Source: Pyrobaculum aerophilum str. IM2
Lineage (GTDB): Archaea > Thermoproteota > Thermoprotei > Thermoproteales > Thermoproteaceae
DNA: 32,000 nucleotides
Direction: 5' to 3'
Assembly (NCBI RefSeq): GCF_000007225.1
Contig: NC_003364.1
Span: 1,980,001-2,012,000 of the forward strand
Shown here: one piece after another, positions 6,933-15,304 of the stretch
Position numbering within the stretch: position 1 is the stretch's first letter
Layout: every line of letters begins with the position of its first letter
The notes under the pieces: generated by a model
Database searches by the model: none
What the model was told of the DNA's origin: nothing
Seen by the model: the letters and a program-made list of their open reading frames with translations, nothing else
Program-made: the position numbers and the translations under genes

Positions 6933-7758
6933 GTATATCAGTTCTGGTGATTATCCCAACTAGCTTGTCCTCGGAATTTACAACTAGCAGACGTCCTATT
7001 CCGCTGGATACCATTAACCTAATGGCCTCGTGAATATCTTCATCTTCGTTTATAACTGGAGGGTTGCGCAACATTAAATTGCTAACTTTTGTTTTTAAAT
7101 TGCAATTAGCCAATGCGTCCATAACTCTAGACGCCATTAGGAGGCCAATAGGCCTCTTGTCATCGTCAATTACGGGTATTCCTCTAAATCTCTTTTCAAC
7201 GAAGTATTTAATGTAAGCTTCAAGCGGATCGTCTGTCCTTGCCACTATTGGATTTGGCGTCATGATGTTCTTAATTGAGGTCCTCGGGATAGAAACAATG
7301 GAAGAGACCTCTATCAATGCCTCTGCATCGGCTTTGATAATCTTGCCTATGAGCACAACGCCGCTGGGAAGAGGTCCAACTCTGACCTCTTTCTCTACAT
7401 AATTACTGAGATCGCCAACTACTCTCATGGAGGCATACGGCCTCTCAGATAGAAGACCGATTAATGTAATGTCAAGTGCATACCCGACCACGTTACCCAT
7501 TGACACTATGGGGACGGAGAAAGTCTGGCGGGATAGTATATCTGTGGCTTTAGACGTTGGAATATAACCGCCGTGGGGTCCCGCTTTACTAATCACCAAC
7601 CCCATAGACTTGAGAATTGACAACATATTACGTACGTACCCCTCATGTATTTTCAAGACGTTGGCAATATCTCTGGACTTCACAGGCGCTCCTTCCTTAT
7701 TGTACAGTTCGACGAGCGCCTTAAGCACGTTATATACTGAGTCAGAGAGACTTGACAT
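6898..7758 (-). CDS. Putative transcriptional regulator: N-terminal winged helix plus C-terminal CBS-domain pair
   Basis: wHTH-like segment SRDIANVLKIHEGYVRNMLSILKSMGLV. Two CBS repeats: IMTPNPIV...GIPVIDD and LMLRNPPVI...GRLLVVN...GIITRTDIL. Own TATA box (AAGTTTATAACTT, +7779-7791) ~27 nt from ATG 7758. Confidence 0.8.
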   Translation of the reverse strand: MSSLSDSVYNVLKALVELYNKEGAPVKSRDIANVLKIHEGYVRNMLSILKSMGLVISKAGPHGGYIPTSKATDILSRQTFSVPIVSMGNVVGYALDITLIGLLSERPYASMRVVGDLSNYVEKEVRVGPLPSGVVLIGKIIKADAEALIEVSSIVSIPRTSIKNIMTPNPIVARTDDPLEAYIKYFVEKRFRGIPVIDDDKRPIGLLMASRVMDALANCNLKTKVSNLMLRNPPVINEDEDIHEAIRLMVSSGIGRLLVVNSEDKLVGIITRTDILTRIATLEQLV

Positions 7759-7803
7759 TATTAAAATTATGTAGATAAGTTATAAACTTTATTTCTTTTG
7801 GTT

Positions 7804-7862
7804 GCACTCAGCGATCGGTCTCTCGGTCATATATCGCCAGACCGTTTTCTCATCACAAATGG
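7804..7862 (-). ncRNA. C/D box sRNA (2'-O-methylation guide)
   Basis: Minus strand reads GTGATGA (C, 7856-7850) + 12 nt GAAAACGGTCTG + GCGA (D') + TAT + ATGACCG (C') + 12 nt AGAGACCGATCG + CTGA (D, 7811-7808). This is the canonical archaeal 7/12/4/3/7/12/4 architecture. An A/T box lies ~25 nt upstream. Confidence 0.7.
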
Positions 7863-7872
7863 AAAAAGAACG

Positions 7873-7887
7873 TATAAAATTTAAAAA
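7873..7887. promoter_or_regulatory. A/T tract TATAAAATTTAAAAA shared by the divergent C/D sRNA (minus) and serA (plus)
   Basis: Centre ~7880: ~22-24 nt from the sRNA C box (7856) and 28 nt from ATG 7908. Confidence 0.45.
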
Positions 7888-7907
7888 GCAATTAAATAAC
7901 GCTTTTA

Positions 7908-8831
7908 ATGTCAGCCCTTATCGTTGATAAAGTAGATGAGACTCTCAAAGAAAGGCTAGAAAGGATTGGTATAAAAGTTGATTTAGCACCAGGTATTTCA
8001 AAGGACGATCTTATTAAAATAATAAAAAACTATAATATTCTTATTTTTAGAGGTCGTCTTAAAATTGACAAAGACATTATGGACGCCGGGCAGAATTTAA
8101 AAATACTTGCGAGATACGGGGTAGGTCTTGATAATGTTGATGTGGAATATGCCGTAAAAAAAGGCATTGCCGTAGTAAGCGCTCCGAATGCCCCCTCTCA
8201 AAGCGTTGCCGAGTTGACAATTGGCTTGTTATTTTCAGTAGCCCGGCGTATACCCTTATTAAATGCCAAGGTTAAGGCCGGTGAGTGGCCTAAGGGGAAG
8301 TACATAGGGATTGAAATTGCGGGAAAGACGATGGGAATTGTGGGATTTGGCAGAATAGGGAGGTTTGTGGCCCAGATGGCTAAGAGCCTCGGCATGAATA
8401 TATTAGCAAGCGATGTTATTGACGTCTCTAAGGAAGTGGCTAAAATCGGAGGCAGACAAGTCCCGTTGGAGGAGTTGCTCAGGCAGAGCGACGTTGTGAC
8501 GATACACGTGCCTCTGACGCCTGAGACTTACCACCTCCTTAACGCGGAGAGGCTCTCGCTATTAAAAGACGGCGCTATTATTATAAACACAAGCAGGGGC
8601 GAGGTTATTGACCACGAGGCGTTGCTTAAACATCTCGATAGGCTTTGGGGCGTTGGCCTTGACGTTTTGCCGGAGGAGCCTCCGAAAAGCCACTATTTGA
8701 GACAGTTAATCGCTCACGAAAAAGTGGTAGTGACGCCTCACGTCGGCTCGGAGACGAAAGAGGCCATGATGCGATTGGCTGAGGAGCTGGCGGCAAACAT
8801 CGAGGAGGTGATACAGAGGATTAAGCTATGA
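7908..8831 (+). CDS. serA: D-isomer-specific 2-hydroxyacid dehydrogenase, short D-3-phosphoglycerate dehydrogenase type (no ACT domain)
   Basis: NAD-binding motif GIVGFGRIGRFVA. Catalytic region INTSRGEVID...VTPHVGSET. 307 aa. The substrate (3-PG versus glyoxylate/hydroxypyruvate) cannot be fixed from sequence alone. Confidence 0.75.
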   Translation: MSALIVDKVDETLKERLERIGIKVDLAPGISKDDLIKIIKNYNILIFRGRLKIDKDIMDAGQNLKILARYGVGLDNVDVEYAVKKGIAVVSAPNAPSQSVAELTIGLLFSVARRIPLLNAKVKAGEWPKGKYIGIEIAGKTMGIVGFGRIGRFVAQMAKSLGMNILASDVIDVSKEVAKIGGRQVPLEELLRQSDVVTIHVPLTPETYHLLNAERLSLLKDGAIIINTSRGEVIDHEALLKHLDRLWGVGLDVLPEEPPKSHYLRQLIAHEKVVVTPHVGSETKEAMMRLAEELAANIEEVIQRIKL

Positions 8832-9847
8832 AATACCTTACCCCGGGGCCTGTCCAGTTGCCCAAATTTGTAATTGAGGCTATGGCAAGGCAACCGCCTT
8901 TTCACAGAAGCGACGATTTTAAAAAACTCTTTAAGTCCGTGTTGGACAAGTTGCAGTCTTTATACCCGGCTAAGAGCATTGTAATGCCCGGCACGGGCAC
9001 GCTCGCTGTTGACACCATGGTGTATAATTATGTAAACCCTGGGGACAGGGTATTAGCTCTAGTATACGGCGAGTTTGGCAAAAGGGCTGTTGAGACGGCG
9101 AGAATCAGAGGGGCCGAGGTGGTGGAGATAGAACGCGATACGCCGCCCGAGCCAGATGAAATAGAGGACGCGCTTAGAAAAATTGGCGGGGTAAAGGCCA
9201 TTTTACTTATACATAATGAGACTAGCACCGGAATTGCCTATAAAAAATTAAAGAGGCTAGTTGATATAGCTAAAGCATACGGCGCGTTGTTGCTTGTCGA
9301 CAGCGTGTCTGGATTTCCCGCCGAGCCTCTGCCGCCTGAAATTGACGTCGTGGCCACGGCGTCTCACAAGGCCTTATTGGCTCCGCCGGGCGCCTCTATA
9401 CTATACATCACGTCTCAGCCTAAGGCCACAACTGGCGTACCTCCCTCAATGGATTTAAGAAAATTCCTCAAAATGCTGGACCATTTAGAAACTCCCTATA
9501 CGCCGCCTATATCGGTATTATTCGCGCTCGAAGTCTCGTTGGATCACATCTTAGGGTTTGGCTCTAAATATACAGAAATTCATCAGGAGAGAGTTAATTA
9601 CCTATACTCTCTGGTGAAACTACGCGCCATACCTCCCGAGGGCTTGAGAAGCGTGACGGTGACTGCGTTTTTATGCGAGAAGCCTAAGGAGGTAATGGCT
9701 AAGTTAAGAGAGGCTGGTTATGTAATTGCCGGGGGCATGTATAAGTATAGGGAAAAGTCAATAAGAATAGGAGTTATGGGCGACGTGAGTTTAGAAGATT
9801 TGAAAACGGTAGCCGAAGTCATTAACAATGTGGCTGGACGAGTCTAA
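8828..9847 (+). CDS. Class V (AGT/SerC-like) PLP-dependent aminotransferase
   Basis: ATGA overlap with serA (8828-8831). PLP-lysine context VATASHKAL. GTGT...HNETSTG...LLVDSVS motifs typical of fold-type I class V enzymes. Confidence 0.8.
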   Translation: MKYLTPGPVQLPKFVIEAMARQPPFHRSDDFKKLFKSVLDKLQSLYPAKSIVMPGTGTLAVDTMVYNYVNPGDRVLALVYGEFGKRAVETARIRGAEVVEIERDTPPEPDEIEDALRKIGGVKAILLIHNETSTGIAYKKLKRLVDIAKAYGALLLVDSVSGFPAEPLPPEIDVVATASHKALLAPPGASILYITSQPKATTGVPPSMDLRKFLKMLDHLETPYTPPISVLFALEVSLDHILGFGSKYTEIHQERVNYLYSLVKLRAIPPEGLRSVTVTAFLCEKPKEVMAKLREAGYVIAGGMYKYREKSIRIGVMGDVSLEDLKTVAEVINNVAGRV

Positions 9848-10622
9848 TTGTAAGCTCTGTATAATTACGTCGAGGACGGGGGATTTAATCCGGTTGCGCA
9901 GACCTGACAAAATGCCCGATATTTTAAGCGAGCTTTCGCAGTTGTTAAGACTGCCCAGTAGAAGCGAGGCGTTTTCCTTAAGCTTCCAGTCAGTCGCAAA
10001 GCTAGTAGGCGTAGATGATCCCTACAAGGAGTACAAGGCCAAATTAACCGCCATAGGCAAGAGAGTGGCGGAGGCGGTTAGGGCGAAGTTAGAGCAGACC
10101 TCATGGGATTTAACCACCGCTTTGAGAATAGCAGCGGCGGCAAATATAGTAGACACGAGCGTTTTGGGGTATAGGCCCAAGAAATTAGAAGAAGCTGTCT
10201 GGGACCTCCCTGCAATAGAAGAGTATGTAAATTTGCCAAACAGCGTTTATTACGTCCTTGATAATGCAGGCGAGGCGCAGATAGATTTAGTAGTCGCTGA
10301 GGCGTTAGATAGAAACGGGATAAAGCCGACGTTTGTGGTGCGCTCCCAGCCCTATGAAATAGACGTATTAGAAAACGACATAGCAAGCTACAAGGTCGTC
10401 GTCACCCCTGGGAACATATCTCCAATTAGGTGGCTGAGAGACGGCTTTATACTAGCCAAAGGTATTGCTAATTTTGAGGCATATTTGGAATGGGGAGAAG
10501 CGCCGGCCTTACTTCTTTTCAGGGCCAAGTGCGACGTACTGGCGAAAGTTTTCTCCGTGCCTAGAAATGCGCCGATTATTATAAGTGGGGATAAGGCTAA
10601 AGCTATTGGCCTAGCACTATAA
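9828..10622 (+). CDS. DUF89 / ARMT1-like metal-dependent phosphatase
   Basis: Family motifs LDNAGEAQIDLV (DNxGxE...D) and AKGIANFEAY (KGxxNxE), plus an N-terminal CxxC (CKLC). Overlaps the aminotransferase 3' end by 20 nt. Confidence 0.7.
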   Translation: MWLDESNCKLCIITSRTGDLIRLRRPDKMPDILSELSQLLRLPSRSEAFSLSFQSVAKLVGVDDPYKEYKAKLTAIGKRVAEAVRAKLEQTSWDLTTALRIAAAANIVDTSVLGYRPKKLEEAVWDLPAIEEYVNLPNSVYYVLDNAGEAQIDLVVAEALDRNGIKPTFVVRSQPYEIDVLENDIASYKVVVTPGNISPIRWLRDGFILAKGIANFEAYLEWGEAPALLLFRAKCDVLAKVFSVPRNAPIIISGDKAKAIGLAL

Positions 10623-11025
10623 GTTTCACAGGGACGCCGTTTTTAAACTGGACTACTATTCTAAGGGATTCAAGACCCCCCTCTTTTATCACCGATTGGG
10701 CCACTTCTCTTACTTTTTTTAAGACGCTGAGAAGGTCAACCATATGTTTATATGACTCTTCTAAAATCTCATGTCTGACCATGGGGTTGGGATCTATATA
10801 CAGTTGCAACCCGGTTATTTCAATAGGGGCGCTTTTCTCCCCAGCCTCTCCGCTGAATTTTTTAAGCAAGTCTTGTAGTCTTTTATACCGCTCTAATGAC
10901 GGCTTTAACTTCTCCAACTCATCTCCCACGGCCTTAACTAGGGCCTCTAGATCGTTAATCTGTCTGTCAAGCTCGGAGAGGAACTGCTGCGCATCTTCAT
11001 AAGTCTTTACAGTCAATATATCCAT
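10603..11025 (-). CDS. Hypothetical protein with N-terminal coiled coil (140 aa)
   Basis: ATG 11025 with the box CTTATAAACC (+11051-11060) ~30 nt upstream. Heptad-rich N-terminus, mixed alpha/beta C-terminus. No family recognised. Confidence 0.55.
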   Translation of the reverse strand: MDILTVKTYEDAQQFLSELDRQINDLEALVKAVGDELEKLKPSLERYKRLQDLLKKFSGEAGEKSAPIEITGLQLYIDPNPMVRHEILEESYKHMVDLLSVLKKVREVAQSVIKEGGLESLRIVVQFKNGVPVKLIVLGQ

Positions 11026-11087
11026 ATCAGTTCTAATGCTCGCGGTTTATAAGTACATCGCTTAAGTTCTCCAATAGCCACTTTCCT

Positions 11088-12347
11088 TCACGTAAGCCAG
11101 GGAGTTTTCCTCACCAAATCGCCGTCATAAAGATTGACGCGGATGTCGTAATTCCCCTTTCCCAATTTTGCGTTTATACAGTGAGATATATCAGTCCACT
11201 TTCTCTTTTTAATTACGTAAGCCCTCGCGCCCACGACAAACGGGCCAATGACTTCTTCATTTACATATTTTTCAATAAAGGCATCTACTGCATCGTCGTA
11301 AACAGGAGGCCCTTTATGTAGTGTATAAGGGGCGAGTTTAGTCTGCTCAACTACGTAAACCAGTTTTACGTATGTCTTTTCATCGCTTTCAACCCCCCAT
11401 CTAAATACCTTAAACCCACATTCCCTCAGCCACTTGAAGAGGTTGCGCCCGATTCTTTTGTACTTTCCCCATACGATATCAGGCGGCTCGCCGGGGTATG
11501 GATACACCACTTCCACTGTCTCTACTTGTCTTATAGCGTAGCCGCGTGACGGTTGGAAATAACTTAACGAAGGCTTTTTTAAAAAACGTCTCGCGGCTAG
11601 TATCAGGGTAGACATTGATGTGAGAGAAACAGCCGCAGCGGCGTTTCTATTCGGGTCTACTGGATCGACGACGACAAGCGGCGATTTGAACTTGGCACTG
11701 GTCTCCACGAACGTTATGTAAGTTTTGTAAGGCCTCCAACGGGACGCCGCCCTCAACACCTCAATAAATGAGCCGTAATACACTACTAACAACTCCGTCA
11801 AATAACCCGAGAACCCCTCAGTTTTTATCTCAGCGCCGTAAACCCCTATAGTTTTTAAAAAAAGCTTGAGGAGTCTGACATCTAAAATTTGATCTTTTTT
11901 CAGTCTCTCAGAGAGAAATTTATGATGGAGTGGAGATCTATCGGCGGCGGTAATAGGCCTTTCCCCTGGCTGAATTTTATAACACGGGACTATATCAACT
12001 TCGTAATCGTCTACTTGTAACGACACATAGGGATGTTGTGCGTATCGCAACGCCCAGTTTAGGCCTAGCGTTGTGAAGCGACTCGTGAGGATTTTCACGA
12101 CGTCCTCAGGCTTGATCCTCCTATCATTTAAAACTACGAAAATATCTATGTCACGTTGTCCAGGGAGCCAAGTCCCGCGGGCGCCCGAGCCGTATACGTC
12201 AACTAAGGCGTCAATACCCCCCTCCTCTATTATTTGGGAAACAAGGCGTTTAACTTTCTGTGTGACTTCTCTAATTCTTTTTTCCTCCTCCTCGCTGGGA
12301 ATTACTAGCTTATACGCTTCGCTTAATACCTCTTCTAATGTGCTCAC
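11088..12347 (-). CDS. cca: CCA-adding enzyme (archaeal class I tRNA nucleotidyltransferase)
   Basis: Catalytic motif YGSGARGTWLPGQRDIDIFVV and the overall ~420-aa archaeal CCA layout. The GTG start overlaps the thpR stop (GTGA). Confidence 0.9.
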   Translation of the reverse strand: MSTLEEVLSEAYKLVIPSEEEEKRIREVTQKVKRLVSQIIEEGGIDALVDVYGSGARGTWLPGQRDIDIFVVLNDRRIKPEDVVKILTSRFTTLGLNWALRYAQHPYVSLQVDDYEVDIVPCYKIQPGERPITAADRSPLHHKFLSERLKKDQILDVRLLKLFLKTIGVYGAEIKTEGFSGYLTELLVVYYGSFIEVLRAASRWRPYKTYITFVETSAKFKSPLVVVDPVDPNRNAAAAVSLTSMSTLILAARRFLKKPSLSYFQPSRGYAIRQVETVEVVYPYPGEPPDIVWGKYKRIGRNLFKWLRECGFKVFRWGVESDEKTYVKLVYVVEQTKLAPYTLHKGPPVYDDAVDAFIEKYVNEEVIGPFVVGARAYVIKKRKWTDISHCINAKLGKGNYDIRVNLYDGDLVRKTPWLT

Positions 12348-12907
12348 GTGAGATGTAGTACGAACAAATCACTATATATAGGACCTCTCGGCGTTAGGAC
12401 TGACCTCTTCAACTTGACTTTCTCCACTGCCACGACGCCAAATTCAACGCCTTTATAACGCTGTACAAATTCCCGCAATTTATGCGCATTCTGCCCGCTC
12501 TTTATACGGCCAATTGTCAAATGGGGCGTGAACTCTCTGTCCTCTTTGTGCTCTGCATATTTATCGACTGTCTCTCTAACAATATTTGCTAATTTTGTCA
12601 GCTCCTCAGCGCCTTGTGAAACGCCTATCCACAAAACACGCGGCCTTGAGAGATCTGGAAAAACGCCTAATTCGGCAAGTTTTATCATAAACTTATTGAA
12701 TTTAACAGAGGCTAGTGCCTTTATTATGCTGTCCACTCTGCTCTGGGGTATTTCTCCGAGAAAGCGAAGAGTTATGTGTAAGTTCTCTCTTTCTACTAGT
12801 TTAATATCTAGGCCAAGCCGCAATACCTCTCTCTGGACCTCCTCAATTTTTTTAATAACATCGGGGGATTCTATGTCAACTGCTATAAAAGACCTGACCA
12901 GGCTCAT
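12344..12907 (-). CDS. thpR: RNA 2',3'-cyclic phosphodiesterase / 2'-5' RNA ligase family (2H phosphoesterase, ThpR/LigT)
   Basis: Two HxT/S motifs: HITLRF and HLTIGR. Start re-called to ATG 12907 (MSLVRSFIAVD), which forms an ATGA overlap with the upstream stop. Confidence 0.85.
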   Translation of the reverse strand: MSLVRSFIAVDIESPDVIKKIEEVQREVLRLGLDIKLVERENLHITLRFLGEIPQSRVDSIIKALASVKFNKFMIKLAELGVFPDLSRPRVLWIGVSQGAEELTKLANIVRETVDKYAEHKEDREFTPHLTIGRIKSGQNAHKLREFVQRYKGVEFGVVAVEKVKLKRSVLTPRGPIYSDLFVLHLT

Positions 12908-13341
12908 ATCTTCTTGTGAGACCACTTAGCCATTAGCTCGCAGTTAAGCGGTGTGATAAAGCCAACGCCGCATTTATCCGAATAGGGGCAGTAAGTACAG
13001 GGCAAAGAGAGAAGTAGCCTGTACTCCTCAGGGAGGGCGTCAATATTTATTGTAAAAGCCTCAACTGCCTCTTCATGCATTTTGGTGAGAAGCTTATAGG
13101 CTCTTTCAGTAAGCCTTATTACATACATCCCCCTTTTATTACCCCCCACTCTCTCTCTGACTATTAACCCTCTCTTTTCTAATCTCGCCAAAATTGGCAA
13201 GCCAGTTTTACTATCGATTCCGATATACTTCCATAAATTCCGCTGTTGATAACTGCCCCCCAGCCTTTCAAGACCTTGGAGGATTTGTATCTCCACCTCT
13301 GTTAGGACTTCAGACTCCTCGTTATAATCTTGAGCCGTCAC
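12904..13341 (-). CDS. TFE-beta-like / RPC34-like protein: winged helix plus C-terminal four-Cys (putative 4Fe-4S) domain
   Basis: wHTH region ILQGLERLGG...LPILARLEKRGLIVRE. C115-x2-C118-x5-C124-x9-C134 followed by ELMAKW, as I recall for crenarchaeal TFE-beta and RPC39 C-termini. GTG 13341 lies ~20 nt from the box AATTTATATAC. Confidence 0.55.
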   Translation of the reverse strand: MTAQDYNEESEVLTEVEIQILQGLERLGGSYQQRNLWKYIGIDSKTGLPILARLEKRGLIVRERVGGNKRGMYVIRLTERAYKLLTKMHEEAVEAFTINIDALPEEYRLLLSLPCTYCPYSDKCGVGFITPLNCELMAKWSHKKI

Positions 13342-13373
13342 GTCAATAGATTACAAGCGGAGTATATAAATTA

Positions 13374-14270
13374 CTACACGGTGACCTCCACGTATATGAC
13401 GTCTGAAAGATCTTTTAATAACTCCCGAACAGGCCCCTCTGTTGAATCCGCCGCTTTGGCCACCTCTTTTTGAGTTACTTCTACGCCGGCTATATAACAT
13501 GCGTAAAACACCGCTGCAGCGGCGAGGACCTGCGGCTTTCTCCCGTTTCTTATACGTGGCACGGATATGATATAACGCAAAATATCCACTGCTATGCGCT
13601 GTACCTCCGCCGACTTCTCATCGCCAATACCCAATGCCGATACAATTTTGGGAATGTAGACTCTGGGATCTACCCGCGGGGGTTTAATGCCTAGCTTATT
13701 CGCTGTGCTCATTAACTCCATATACGCTGATATGAAATTAGAGCGATCTATTCCAAGCTCCTCAATGATTTTTTTCAACGTGACGGCCGCTATGCCGTGT
13801 TTTTTCAACACGAAGTAGAGGACTGCAGCGTAGCTCTCAAGCCTAGGAGCTTTATACCCAGCGTCGTAGAGCTTCTTATACAACATCACTGTTTCTTCAA
13901 TGACGTTTTTAGGAATACTGAGTTTTTCCTTCGCGGATTCTAAAAACTCCCTGACGTCTGACTCAACCCTTTCAAGAGGCGTTGAAATTGGACGCGAGAA
14001 TTTCTTCAGACTAATAGCCTTTAATTTATCCGCCACTTTAACATTGCCGAATTCTATATCTCCAATAGAAGAGCCTATAGGCCCCGAGTACGCCCTTGAC
14101 GATTCGGGCTTTCTCCACTCTGGGCCCAGATCTGCGATCCCGTCTTTTAACACAACGCCGCAACTTTTACAAATCACTTGCCCCCGCTCGTAATCAACAA
14201 TTACATCATTAACAGCCCCACAGGCAGGACATGCGTATTCCTCTAGCTCAAAGATAAGCTTACGCGTCAT
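13374..14270 (-). CDS. tfb: Transcription initiation factor B (TFB/TFIIB)
   Basis: N-terminal Zn ribbon CPACG...CKSCG, B-finger/linker, two cyclin-fold repeats. 298 aa. Confidence 0.95.
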   Translation of the reverse strand: MTRKLIFELEEYACPACGAVNDVIVDYERGQVICKSCGVVLKDGIADLGPEWRKPESSRAYSGPIGSSIGDIEFGNVKVADKLKAISLKKFSRPISTPLERVESDVREFLESAKEKLSIPKNVIEETVMLYKKLYDAGYKAPRLESYAAVLYFVLKKHGIAAVTLKKIIEELGIDRSNFISAYMELMSTANKLGIKPPRVDPRVYIPKIVSALGIGDEKSAEVQRIAVDILRYIISVPRIRNGRKPQVLAAAAVFYACYIAGVEVTQKEVAKAADSTEGPVRELLKDLSDVIYVEVTV

Positions 14271-14515
14271 TTTCTCCTTTTCCTCTCGAGTTCTTGCGGC
14301 TTGACGTATATAGCTTGTCCTATTATAGAATCGTCGCGAGACGTCGCCTTTACAAGTCCATATGGGTTTTTTATATTTCCAATTACGTCGTATAAGATGC
14401 CGACTATTTTCATTGTGTATGTGTATGTATTTACATACAGAGGGGGAACCTCGAAGAGCCTCACCACGAGGTTCCCCATATGGGAGTAGTGAAGAGCAAG
14501 ACCAATACGTTTCAT
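14267..14515 (-). CDS. gar1: H/ACA RNP protein Gar1
   Basis: MKRIGLALHYSHMGNLVVR...IVGILYDVIGNIKNPYGLVK matches the archaeal Gar1 pattern. 4-nt overlap with tfb; gar1-tfb adjacency is common in archaea. Confidence 0.85.
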   Translation of the reverse strand: MKRIGLALHYSHMGNLVVRLFEVPPLYVNTYTYTMKIVGILYDVIGNIKNPYGLVKATSRDDSIIGQAIYVKPQELERKRRK

Positions 14516-14596
14516 GGAGGAAATACCGGACCCATTTAATAAGAGTTCCCCCCTCTTACTTGGGTATTATAACTCGACGCCGTTGCTATATGAGAA

Positions 14597-14604
14597 TTTA
14601 AATA
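14597..14604 (+). promoter_or_regulatory. TATA box TTTAAATA for rps8e
   Basis: Centre lies 24-25 nt upstream of the in-frame GTG at 14625. Confidence 0.5.
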
Positions 14605-14624
14605 CCCCCACAATATCTCAAGCT

Positions 14625-15020
14625 GTGAAATTAGGCGCATATTACAAAGGGGGGGATTTGAAAAAGCCCTCTGGTGGGAAAAAGAGGAAGGTGAGGAAAA
14701 CGAAGAAAAAGGCGCTTGGCGGCGGCCCCCCGCAAATTCCTAAGCTAGGAGAAAACGATACAAGAATAGTTGAGAGGGTCAGAGGCGGCAATCTTAAGGT
14801 GAGGCTGAGAGAGGCCAAATTCGCCAACGTGTATATTCCAAAGGAAAGAAAAAGCGTGAAGGCCAAGATTATCTCCATAATTTCCACGCCTGCAAACCCC
14901 GATTTTGCCCGCCGCAACTTTATCGTCAAAGGCTCTGTTATACAAACAGAAGTCGGAAAGGCCTTAGTTACGTCGCGGCCGGGACAAGACGGCGTTATTA
15001 ACGCAGTACTTATAGAATGA
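14625..15020 (+). CDS. rps8e: 30S ribosomal protein eS8 (S8e)
   Basis: [20 protein letters not shown]...[16 protein letters not shown]. Start re-called to GTG 14625 (131 aa, typical size). The ORF-track ATG at 14514 adds 37 residues that do not look like S8e and lies upstream of the TATA box. Confidence 0.9.
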
Positions 15021-15304
15021 AGAAAAAAGGCGGTCGAATTCTCTGGCTCGTATATATAGACGCCTCAGTCCCCCGTTCTAGGGGCAGAGTACTTCCCAGG
15101 GGATTGGCGGTTGAGAAGCCAAGTCTCAAAGAGGTCGTGCAAGCTCTTGAAGAGCTTGGCTACAAATTCCAAGTCTTTCCCGACAAGAAATACCCCCCTC
15201 TTTGGTTTGAAGAAAAATGGGGCTATGTAGTAGTTGAGACTAATGAGAAAATACGGGAGATCGCGAGTAAAGTAGCGGGAAAGATCAGAGAAATGCGCAG
15301 GTAA
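15017..15304 (+). CDS. srp19: Signal recognition particle protein SRP19
   Basis: [24 protein letters not shown]...PDKKYPPLW pattern. ATGA overlap with rps8e. Confidence 0.85.

Noticed and set aside
11922-11973. Possible third C/D box sRNA on the plus strand inside cca (ATGATGG +12 nt + TCGG ... TAATAGG +12 nt + CTGA)
   Set aside because: The spacing fits, but the C box ends in G, and the D' and C' boxes have no GA/UGA character. There is no upstream A/T box, and it is antisense within a coding region. This is most likely a chance match.
14514-14624. ATG 14514 as the rps8e start, back to back with gar1 ATG 14515 (a shared CATG)
   Set aside because: The 37 extra residues are not S8e-like. The TATA box (14597-14604) lies inside this extension and points to GTG 14625, which gives the typical ~130-aa protein.
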